Positions 27,001 to 39,900 of a stretch of DNA of 64,000 nucleotides are shown piece after piece. Under the pieces are notes generated by a model. The model made no database searches. It had not been told where the DNA came from and was given only the letters and a program-made list of their open reading frames with translations. The first letter of the stretch is position 1, and each line of letters opens with the position of its first letter. Position numbers and translations under genes: made by a program. Origin of the DNA: Bispira polyomma (taxonomy: Eukaryota); the NCBI GenBank assembly GCA_965649765.1, contig OZ287748.1, positions 41,292,001-41,356,000 on the forward strand, written 5' to 3'.

Positions 27001-30000
27001 TGGGTAGGCAAGGTTAAAAAGATAGATATTAAGCTTTTTTCCTAAAACCGATAAGTGTGTCAACTGATCTGAGGTCGACTGGGAGATTGTTCCATAACCG
27101 TGGAGCTGCAGTGGAGAATGCTCTGGATCCCGTCTTCCTGATTGGTCTGACCGAAGAGACAGAGAGTCTGTTGCCTCTCTTGCGGTTACTGAAGGAGAGA
27201 AGGGAGGCAAGGTAGGAGGCTGTTGAGTGACTACAGCCTTAAAAGTAGTAACGTGAATCTTGAACACAATGCAAGAATGAATGGGCAGCCAGCGTTATTA
27301 TTTTTAGGTAAGGAGTGACGTCTGTGCGACAACCCAGACGAAAAATGACCCTACATAGGTAGTTTTGGAGTGACTGGAGCTGTCTAATGTGTGACTTGTT
27401 TGCTCCATACAAGAGAGAGTTGCAGTAGTCAAAACGGCTACTCACAAGGGCATTTGCCACAGTTATCGCTGTGTCCATCGACAGGTGGTTTCTGATTCTT
27501 TTGATGTCGCATATATGGTAAAAGCAGGAGTGACAGATGTTGGCAATATGAGTGTCGAACAAAAAAGCTGAATCAAAAGTGACACCCAGGTTTTTGGCAT
27601 TTTAGATGGGAAACAAAGATTTTAGGAGTTCACTGTTTTTCTTGTTTCCTAGGAGGATGAATTCTGTTTTGTCCGGGTTAAGTTTTAGTTTGGAGTAGTT
27701 CATCCATGCCTGGACATCAGACAGACAGTCTGCAAGTAGGTCTATGTTTGTGTTTGCATTTTGTGGATTGAGAGAGAGAGATAGACTCGAGTGTCATCTG
27801 CATACATGTGGTGTTTTATATTATGTTTATTGATGAGAGTGTTGAGAGGATGTGTATAAAGGGTGAAAAGTAGAGGCCAAGGACGATCCCTGGGTAGCTA
27901 CATATGGTAGCTTTATGGAAGATGACAGGTGATCATCTAATTTAATTCTTTGTGCCCTAAGAGTAAGTAGGATCTGATCCATTTAAGGGCACTGCCATTT
28001 ATACCAAACCACTGCTTGAGAGTGTTGCAGAGCAGGACATGATCAATAGTGTTGAATGCAGCTGAGAGATCCAGAAGGGTGAGGGCTACTGTGTCGTTGT
28101 GGTCCAGTGCAAGATTGATATCATTGCTGATGGAAAAAAGGGCACTTTCTGTAGAGTGGATTTTTTTTTTCTGTACTTCTGGCTTACGAATAGCACAAAA
28201 TTTGATCCAACATCAAATTTTGTCGCATCTGCAAGCCACATACATGAAAATACTTCCTCTATTATATTCAAAAACAATTTTATAACTGTAAGCCATGCCC
28301 GCAAGTCTCAACTGCAAGGCACATATACAGAAACACCCACTTACATGAAAAGGAAGTCGACTTAACATAGTTCTAGTGTTTGACTATGAAAAATGCAATT
28401 ATTTTTCAATATAACCATTATAACATCATAAAATAGATATAACTATAACATACAAATATCATTTCTGCAAGATTACTATGCCTTGAAAAGTAAAGAGTCA
28501 CTTTATGACAATGACTCTTCAATTTTATGTTGGAAGGTAGTCTTGGTAAAACCCGCTGGTTTACAGAATAGATTTCAAACCTTGACCAATTACCCTGTTC
28601 TGATTACCTTTTACCAGTGAACTGTCTGTCATGATATGACACTAATGTGTCGAAAGTGACGTTAACCCAAAATAACACTAAACTTCTATTTTATGAATCT
28701 TTTTACCCTGTTCCGCTGTGAGTAATTGCCAGGTCTTTGAAATTAGCAAATTCTGACACAAAGTCTATCATCTGAGTACCAATGAGCATTGCCCTTTCAT
28801 CTGTGCCGCTTCCACTCACTAATTGTGCTGTAATCTGCCATGGTGAACTGATAGATCCTAACATGGTTATTGGGTCTCCCTGTAATAACCAACAATAGTG
28901 CTCCTTGTTTTAAAACGTAATACATGTATATATATATAATTTAACCATTTATAGAGCGCCAAATTGATGAGAACATCCTCTAAGGCACTGATATCCAAAA
29001 AGGGAAGGTCCAGAGGCAAGCACAAGGTCAGCAGAGACTAAGGAGGGGTTAGGCCAATCTGAACAGGTAAGTTTTGAGATGGCGTCTAAAACGAATTGTA
29101 TTGTGTGATCTTACAACAGACAGTCTGCTCCGTTCAACAGGAGACGCGACAGCAAAGTAGCAATTTTCTCGGGTAATGCTACTAGACTTAATACTGTATA
29201 CCAGGAAGTGCCACTAATTTACAACTTTTGAGAAGTTCACTGAAATAAATTTTCCACTTTATATGCTAGTTTTTAATTAAAATATGGATACAAATTCAAA
29301 TTGCCAATGGGAATTAGTTTTCACTATCACAACTCATTAGCTATAATGCCTTATTAATTTTTTCAATATGAATATATATAAATATTTCAATTTTGGGTTT
29401 TTTTTTTATGATACAAGTAAAATGACAATGAATATTAATAATTACATAGTTGACATGGTAAAAATAACTTACTGCATGTGAGTTACTTATATAATCCCAA
29501 TAGAATGATATTGTAGCTCAATGGTTATTTGACAAAATGTGAGTCACAGTCAACAAAGTGAGTTTTTTTGTATAATTTTTCAAACTTATAAATCACTTGG
29601 GCCATAAGACCCAAGGGCTGATATTGATTCATTGAGGGATCCTGATAATCTATAAGGCCTGTCACAATCATGCTATTACTATTATTATGTATTACTATGT
29701 AGAGATTTCTAACTTTGGTCAAAGTTAAATTTCAACCTTACTTTAAAACTACTGAAATTTATACAATAATACATTGAAGTATCATAAATTCAGTGAAACA
29801 AAATGTTCTTTATCCTATTCTAGGCAATAAAATACAAAAATTATGAGGCCAACTTATTCTATATTGCATACAAATATATATATACTCACTTGTAATACCA
29901 AAAACATCAGTTTTATAAAAGGATCTACTAGGATTGCAGGGTGAGGGACACTAATGTCACTAGCAGCCCTCGGACCTGCTGAGTAAATCAACATTCAAAA

Positions 30001-33000
30001 CTATGGACCCGGTATTGTCATGACAATCTGCTAGTAATGCCCTGCTTTTTGGTAATAATTGTCAATATGCTAGACCTACCTGTGCATCTGTCACTCTTAA
30101 CACTGGTGTTATGTCAAATCCAACTCCCTCGATCCCTTCACTAGCGGCTGATACCGCCTCCAAGATACTTGGTACCTGGTTGATCTACAAGGTTGTGTGC
30201 ACCGAGTAATAATTAAATTTTTTTTATTGATACAATTTTTGAAATTTTTAGTATAATTTTGACTGATTATTAATCAAATTGTTTTCTTGTTACAATACAT
30301 TTATTTGACAGCCCTAGTATAATTTACAATCTGATAGCAAGAAAACTGAGGAGAGAACAAAAGTTCCTTGGGATTTGTAAACATCAGCTGACTTATACAT
30401 CAGCAGTAAAGTGAGAATATGATCACTGCTGAGATGCATACATGGTCCTGCTTATAAATTGTAAAAATTTACGAAAAAAACAAATTGGGACGAATGAGAT
30501 TCTTTAGTACAAGCATTTGGGCATTGGTTCATTGTAACAAACCTCGTTATCAGCTGGCAACCATTCTTCTCCATCAACTTCCACATAAGGATCGGCCTGA
30601 ATACTGCGGCTATCATAGGTAAACACCAAACCATTCTCCAGGTCTACCCACAATGATTCTAGAGTGCTCTCCACTGCACTAGTTTGACCACCAATAAAGA
30701 AGGTAACCACAATACTACCTACAGGTAGAAGTAAATCTCTTATCTAAACATCCAGGGGTAGTATTCTTGAACAAATGAAAGTTCATTACTTACTTAATTA
30801 GATGTCAAGTATACTAGCGTTCTTGATTTTTTTACTCACTGAGATATAATTAAGTGGTATTCTTGATAATTACTTTGTAGATAAAAACTTACTTAAAATC
30901 ATTAAATACCAATATTTCCGCAGCTACTGCCCTGAAATTAGTAAATTGTTGACAATCTTAAAATTGTGACCTGTATTAGATAATTATGTGCTAATTATTT
31001 TAACAAACATAATAAAACTCTCATGTAAAGTTTATCACATAAGCGTCTAACCATCCTGTGGATAGTTTAATTGCTACATATGATCATGACATTATGTTAT
31101 ACCCCCACATATCAACATTGTTATATGTTATAATGACCCCTTTGTTGGAAAAACGCAAAGCCGCTGGCCAGGGATTTTATTACATTACAGTATGTAAGAC
31201 TAAAAGCACACATACCTTCAGACGTGGTAAAATTATCCATGAATAAATCTTCAGAGAGATATTTGGTGATGAAAAAGTTCTTCATTGCTGCATTAAAAAT
31301 GTCTTCTTCATCTTGAACTATGTCGCGAAAGTTCTCTTTAAATACAAAACGTGTTTCTCGGATAATTTCCACTATTGGAAAGCTTTCTGTCGTCACCGAA
31401 ATCAAATCAGAGTAGACCATAAAGCTGTATTCACTGACTGGGCTGGTCACACATTCAAAGGTGAAAGCCACATCTCCGTATTTGTTAAGTGTGAGGTCGC
31501 TGAAGGTCACTACACTATTCTCATTGATACTGACCGTGTTTTCGGTCACACTGTATACACCTAAGTAGCCAGTCTTATCATACTTCTCAATGGTACAAGT
31601 CCATGTATGACCCTGTATAAAACAGTGAATTCATTGATAGTTTAATGGAAACACATGAAACACTCATGGTATACGTGCATGTATGACCCGAAATAATACA
31701 GTAAATTAATTGATAGTTTAAGGAAACACATGAAACACAGGATGATATTATAGTCCTAGATAGCCAGTCTTATCATACTTCTCAATGGTACATGTCCATG
31801 TATGACCCTGGATAATACAGTAGATTCATTGATAGTTTAGGGAAACACATGAAACACTGACTCATATATTATAGCAATCACATGGCACTCCTGCAAAATT
31901 ACAGTATAACTATTTATGCTTCACATAAAAGGGAAATATCAGAGCTCTACTTGACGGGATTTGAATGTAGAAAGTTTCTTTATAAATTAATTAGATTATT
32001 CTCAAATTTTCAGTGCACTCTCTTCCACTCTACCAAAATTCACATTTTTCTACTGTTTATAGCAACACAACTTTGCTAGTACATAGAACAATATGTGAGG
32101 TATTTGAGACATCACATACCTTCCAGTGTATATTACTAGCTCTGGCTTTAGTCCCTATATCTATCAGTTCTAGTGTGATGTTAAAGTTTTGTCCTATTGA
32201 TACGCTCCTTGGAACGTCTATCGTTCTTGCTGACAGAACTCTGCTGTTTATGGTGAACGGTCCCATTAACAGTCGGAGTAAACTGGCGTTACTGGGTCGT
32301 GTCACCTCAAACTCAATCATATATCTACACAAAACAAGAAATACAATACAGTAAAATCTCTCACCATTGAACTTTTTTCCCCATTTTAACCAGACGAATA
32401 AGACAAATAATTTCTAACCAAATAACCTTATAAACATTGAAGAAAAGGTGAGTATTATGTCATAAAATTCTACACCACAGCAAATTTTGCTGCATACGTA
32501 AGCCACATTCATGGAAATACTTCTTCTATTTAATCAGGTTCAAGTTTATAACCACAAGCCAAGCCTGCAAGCCTCAACTGCAAGCTGCATACATGAAAAC
32601 CCTGCTTGCACAAAATGGAAATCGTCTTAACATAGTTATAGTTTGACTATATATGACTGCAATTTTTTTTAACAATGCAGTGATTGCATATATCAGTGAA
32701 AAGGTAAATATGTTCAGCTTATTGATACAAAGTATAATTGTCTTATACCTTGTGAAACTAAGTTATCTACTGAAAACATTTACCAGCATTTTGTTAAAAT
32801 CTAAAAATTATATTTTGTTTACAAATGTTTACACTAAAATGATAAATGGAAAAGTAAATTTGGACAGATTTTAAACCTTGACCAATTGCCCTATTCTGAT
32901 TATGCCGAAAGTGACGTTAACCCAAAATAACACTAAACTTCTATTTTAAGAATCTTTTTACCCTGTTCCACTGTAAGTAATTGCCAGGTCTGTGAAATTA

Positions 33001-33945
33001 GCATATCCAAACACAACGTTTATCATCGTAGTACCAATGAGCAATGCCCTCTCATCTGTGCCACTTCCACTTACTAATTGTGCTGTAATCTGCCATGGTG
33101 AACTGATAGATCCCAACATGGATATTGGGTCTCCCTGTAATCACCAACAATAGTGCTCCATGTTATAAAACTTAACATACATATATAGTTTAAACATTTA
33201 TAGAGTGCCAAATTGATGAGAACATCCTGTAAGGTGTTGATATTCAAAAAGGGAAGGTCTAGGGCCAAGGTCGTTGCCAAAAAGCATCCAAAAGGGAAGA
33301 GACTGAGAATTTGAATTTGGATATTTAACGTCCATTCTAGTACCTTTTAGTAGGTTATATTGGGACCGGTAGTTGGAAACGCTGGAGGAAACACTGAATA
33401 CAGTCGGTCAAGGTTCTGCAGAGAAACCAGCGGCCCACAGTAAGGAACTACCACCTTTCCCACATAGGCATCGATGGGATTCAAACTCATGCCGCCCAGA
33501 GGTGAGAGACCAGTGATTGTGAAGCGCAATGCTTGCTAACCACTAGGCCACCGCAGCCCCGGAAGAGACTGAGAAAGGGGTAGGCCAATCTGAACAGGTA
33601 AGTTTTAAGATGGTTTCTGAAACCAATGATTGTATTGTGTGATCTTTTGACAGACAGTCTGTGGGAGCTCGTTCCATTCAACAGGAGACGCGACAGCAAA
33701 GTAGCAATTTTCCCTGGTAATGCTACTGGACTTAATACTGTATACCAGGAACTGTCACTAAGTTACAATTTTTGAGAAGTTCACTGAAATTAATTGAATT
33801 TATTAGCTATAATAGTTAAAAGTTAATTCCTGGTAAACATTTACAGCTGTTCTGTAGTACATTATATTAAAAATATTAAAGTTATTTGTGTGTGAGAGAG
33901 GATTTGTGTTGCTCCAACAAATGCCTTGTATACATATTTTTAATA

Positions 33946-33990
<45 letters not shown>

Positions 33991-36900
33991 ATTTTCTTAT
34001 GGAAACATTATATTTATATCTACTGATAGCTGATACAAGTAAAATGACAATGAATATCAATAATTGCATAGTTGACATGGTGAAAATAACTTACTGCATG
34101 TGAGTTACTGATATAATCCCAATAGAATGATATTGTAGCTCAATGTTTATTTGACAAATGTGAGTTACAGTCAACAAGTGAGTTTTTGTATATAATTTTT
34201 CAAACTTATAAATCACTTGGGCCATAAGACCTACGGGCTGATATTGATTCATAGAGGGATCCCGGTAATCTATAAGGCCTGTCAGATTTCAACCTTACTT
34301 TGAAACAACTAAAATTAATACAATAATACATTGAAGTATCATAAATTCAGTAAAACAAAATGTTCTTTACCCTATTCTAGGCAATAAAATACAAAAATTA
34401 TGATGCCAACTTATTCTATATTGCATACAAATATATATATACTCACTTGTAATACCAAAAACATCAGTTTTATAAAAGGATCTACTAGGATTGCAGGGTG
34501 AGGGACACTAATGTCACTAGCAGCCCTCGGACCTGCTGAGTAAATCAACATTCAAAACTATGGACCCGGTATTGTCATGACAATCTGCTAGTAATGCCCT
34601 GCTTTTTGGTAATAATTGTCAATATGCTAGACCTACCTGGGCGTCTGTCACTCTTAACACTGGTGTTATGTCAAATCCAACTCCCTCGATCCCTTCACTA
34701 GAGGCTGATACTGCCTCCAAGATACTTGGTACCTGGATCATCTACAAGGTTGTGTGCACTGATTAATAATTTTTTTTTTTATTGATACAATATTTGAAAT
34801 TTGTAATATAATTTCCACGGATTGTTAATTGACTTGTTTTCTTGTTACAATAAAGTTGAATCCCTTTAAGTCTACTTAAGCAAGATTTCCATTTAGTAGG
34901 GTAGATTTAAAAAGAAAATGCATTAGTGTGCCTACAGATTCCTTACCACCTGCAAGGTAATTTGACTTAACAGAGTTCCACTTAAAAAGTTCAACTGTAT
35001 TTGAAATTCCTAGTATCATTTTCACTGATTAATAATTGAATTGTTTTCTTGTTACATGTATTTGAAATTCCTGGTATAATTTCCAAATTAATTGCTAGCA
35101 CTGAAAAGAAAACAGAAGTTCCTGTGCATTTGTAAACATATGCTCACTCAAATTTGAGCAGAATAGTCAGACTATCACCACTGCAGAGATGCATATATAT
35201 GTCCCACTCAAAAGTCCTCAAAACTCTAAATTTACAAAAAACAAATTGGGACAAATGAGATTCTTTAGTACAAGCATTAGGACAATAGTTTATTCTAACA
35301 AACCTCCTCATCTGATGGTAACCACTCTTCTCCATCAACTTCGATATATGGCTCGGCCTGAATACTACGGTTATCATAGGTGAACACCAAACCATTGTCC
35401 AGGTCTCCCCACAGTGATTCCATAGTACTCTCTACTGCACTAGTTTGACCACTAATAAGGAAGGTAACCACAATACTACCTAGAAGTAAATCTGTTAACA
35501 ACACATGCAGGGGTAGTATTCTTGAACAAGTAAAAATGTATTACTTACTTAATTTGAGTTCAAGTACTTTCTTGATTTTTTTATATACTTTGATACAAGT
35601 AGTATTCTTGATAATTACTTTTGAAGATGAAACCTTACTTAGAATCATTAAATACAAATATTTCAGCAGCTACCACACTGAAATTGGTAAATCTCCCCAT
35701 CGGGTAGTGTTGGGAATCCTAAAATCATGACCTGTATCAGATAATTATGTGCTAATTAATGTAAATTCATTATATTTGGTTAAGCATCGAAAGACTCTGT
35801 GGATAGTTTAATTGATACATATGATCATGATTTTTTTAAACATTATGTTGTACCCACAAACATCAACATTGTTATCTGTAGTAATAGCCCCATATTTAAA
35901 GATATTACAGTATGTATTACTAAAAGCACACATACCTTCAGACGTGATGGTGAAATCATCCATGAATAAATCTTCAGAGAGGTATTTATTAATGAGAAAG
36001 TTCTTCATTCTTGCACTAAAAATGGCTTCTTCATCTTGAACTACCTCGCGAAAATTCTCCTTAAATACAAAACTTATTTCTTGGATAATTTCCACTATAG
36101 GTAAGCTTTCTGTTGTCACAGAAATCACATCAGAGTAGACCATAAAGCTGTATTCACTGTCTGGGCTGGTCACACATTCAAAGGTGAAGGCCAGATCCCC
36201 GTATTCGCTGAGTGTGAGGTCATTGAAGGTCACTAGACTAGTCTCATTGATACCGACCGTGTTTTCGGTCACACTGTATAGGCCTAGGTAGCCAGTCTTA
36301 TCATACTTCTCAATGGTACAAGTCCATGTATGACCCTGTATAAAACAGTGAATTCATTGTAGTTTAATTGAAACACATGAAACACCCAAACAATGAAACA
36401 TTCATGGTACACGTTCATGTATGACCCTGGATAATATAGTAAATTCAATGATAATTTAATGGAAACTCATGACACACTGGATCATATATTATAGAAGCTA
36501 CATTGTCAAACTACAGTTAAAGTATTTCCTCATCAATATCTATGCTACTTGCTCTCCCAATGTTTACTTTCATTAACTCACTTTGACCCTCCCACATTAA
36601 AATTTTCCTACTGTTTATAACAATATGACTATTCTATTTTATGAACTCTTTGTTACCCTAATAAAATCTAGCACTCTGAACATAAAGGTTCTACTGTATA
36701 AAACAATCCGTGAGGTATTCGAGCACACACATGACATACCTTCCAGTGTATATCACTAGCTCTGGCATCAGTCTCTGTATCTATCAGTTCTAGTGTGATG
36801 TCCAAGCTTTGTCCTATTGATACGCTCCTTGGCAGGTCAATTGTTCTTGCTGACAAGACTCTGCTGTTTATAGTGACCGGTCCCATTAACAATCGGAGAA

Positions 36901-39900
36901 AACTGGCGTTACTGGGTCGTGTCACCTCAAACTCAATCATATATCTACACACAACAAGAAATACAATACAGTAGAACCTCTCAAGTCAAGAACCTTAATT
37001 CTACATTTCCAAGTGTGTGGTTTATGGTTGCAGCTTGTGGTCATATTTCTGTAGGAGATATCATATACCTATTTTATTCTGAAGGCTGTATCTTTCTGAT
37101 TTCTGGTGCAATTTTGGAACTTTTTTTATCATTTTAACCAGACGGATAAGAAAAACAATTTGTGTATTTCTGGCTTGTAATTGTTGCAAAATTTGATCAT
37201 ACAACAAATTTTGCTGCATCCGTAAGCCATGTTCATTGAAATATTTCTTTATTCAGGATCAACTTTATAACCACAAGCCAAGCCTGCAAGCCTCAACTGC
37301 AAACTGCATACATGAAACCCCTACTTACATAAAAGGGAAATCGTCTTGACATAGTTATAGTTTGACTATATATGAATGCAATTTTTGTTAAATACAGTGG
37401 TTGCATATATCAGTGAAAAAGGTAAATATGTTCAGCTTATTGATACAAAGTGAATAATTCTATAATTTAGTCCTACACCTTGTGAAATTACGTTAGTCAT
37501 AGACACAATTTACCATAATTTTCTTAAAATTATATTTTGTTTCCAAATATCTACACTAAAATGATCAAGCTTAATCAGTATCTAAGCAGGTTATACATGT
37601 ATTCAATTTAACCATTATAATATCATAAAATAGATATAATTATAACAGATAAATATAATTTCTACCTGAATTACTATGCCCTGAAAGGTGAAAAGTCACT
37701 TTATCATAAAGACACTTCAATTTTAAGTGGGAAATTAAACTTGGGACAGATTTTAAACCTTGACCAATTACCCTGTTCTGATTATGCCGAAAGCGACGTT
37801 AACCCAAAATAACATCAAACTTCTATTTTGAGAATCTTTTTACCCTGTTCCGCTGTGAGTAATTGCCATGACTGTGAAATTAGCATATCCAGACACAAAG
37901 TCCATCATCTGAGTACCAGTGAGCATTGCCCTATCATCTGTGCCGCTGCCATTCACTAATTGCGCTGTAATCTGCCATGGTGAACTGATAGATCCTAACA
38001 TGGTTATTGGGTCTCCCTATAATCACAAACAATAGTGCTCTATTTCATAAAACATATATGTATATATATACTATTATATATTATTGAAGCATTCATAGAG
38101 CACCTAATCAATGAGAACATCCTCTAAGGTGCTGATATCCAAAAAGGGAAGGTCCAGGGGTAAACAGAAGGTCGTTAGCAAAAAGCATCCACCAGGGAAG
38201 AGACTAAGAAGGGGTGTAGGCCAATCTGAACAGGTAAGTTTTGAGATGGCTTCTAAAACCAGTGAATATATTGTGTGAGACAGTCTGTGGGAGCTTGGTC
38301 CATTCAACAGGAGTCATGCGACAGCAAAGTAGCACCTCCAAAATTTTCCCGGTAATGCTACTAGACTTAATACTGTATACCAGGAAGAGCAAATGTTAGC
38401 TAGGAAGAACATGTCACTAATTTTAAAAATTTGAAAAGTTTACTGAAATAAATTTTCCACTATTGGCTAGTTTTCAATTAAATATGAATATAAATTAAAA
38501 TTTCCAATGGGAATAAGTTTTCACAATCCCAACTCATTGGCTATAATACAGTCGAACCCTGTTAAGTAGAACTTCAAGGGACCCCATACAATACTTTTAC
38601 TTTAGCCAGATTTCCTGTTAACAGGGTACGGTTTGTTTGAAAAGGTCTGGTTTGGACCACAAATTCACTTCTGTTTATCAGATAAGTCGACTTAACATAG
38701 TTCTACTTAAAGGGGTTTGACTGTGGTTAAAAGTTAATTCCTGGTTAAAAACTTTCACTTGTACTGTAGAATAATATATTTATATCTATTGATATACAAG
38801 TATAATGACATTTTTTTAATATGAATCATTACATGGTTGTCATGGTAAAAATAACTTACTGCATGTTACTTATTGATATAATCCCAATAGAATGATATTG
38901 CAGCTTAATGGTTATTTGAGTTACAGTCAACAAAGTGAGTTTAGTGTATCTTATTCCAACTTATAAAACACTTGGGCCACAAGGCCCGATATTGATTCAT
39001 AAAGGGACCCTGATAACCTATAAGGCCTGCCAAAATGATAGTGTTACTATTATTGTGGGTTACTATCTGGTGATTTTTAACTTTGGTCAAAGTTAGATTT
39101 CAACCTAACTTCAAAACAACTGAAGTATCATGACTTTAGTAAAAAAATTTGCACCTAGTCTAGGACATAAAAAAACCCATCCGTTTCATGAAAGGAACCA
39201 CTAAGATTGTAGTGCAGAGAGACATTAATGTCACTATTGGCCCTCGGACCTGCTGAGTAAATCAACATTCAAAACTATGGACCCGGTATTGTCATGACAA
39301 AATGCTAGTAATGCTCTGCTTTCTTGTAATAATTGTCAATATGCTAGACCTACCTGTGCGTCGGTCACTCTTAACACTGGTGCTATGTCAAATCCAAATA
39401 ACTCAACCCCTTCACTAGCTGTTGATACTGCCTCTAAGACACTTGGTACCTGGATCATCTACAAGGTTGTGTGTACTGATTAATAATTGAATTGATCGTT
39501 ACAATGCAGTTGAATCCTTTTAAATTTACCTAAGCAGGATTTGAATAGAAAAAGCATTAGTTTGCCTGCAGATTTCTCTCCACCTAAAGGGAATTTGACT
39601 TAACAGAGATCCACCCAAAGAGGTTCGACTGTATTTGAATTTCCTAGTATAATTTCTACAATTTATAGAAATTAAACTCTCTTCTTGTTACAATACATGT
39701 ATCTGAAAGTCCTATTGTAACAAACCTCAACTGGCAACCTCTCTTCTCCATCATCTACCATATACTTGCAGTTGAATTCTTTGAAGTATAAAGCAAAGTA
39801 TCTGGATGCAATGGGCTCATTTCAGGTGTACACTTAATTGTAATGGCTTCTCACCTAAATATTATTTCTAATGTTGTTCAAAGAAACATCAAATGTCATT

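Noticed and set aside
14636-39458. Distal block as an independent gene starting at the ATG of exon A2
   Set aside because: The ATG directly follows a splice acceptor, is ATC in A4, and is not followed by a signal peptide. This reading is disfavoured but cannot be formally excluded without transcripts.
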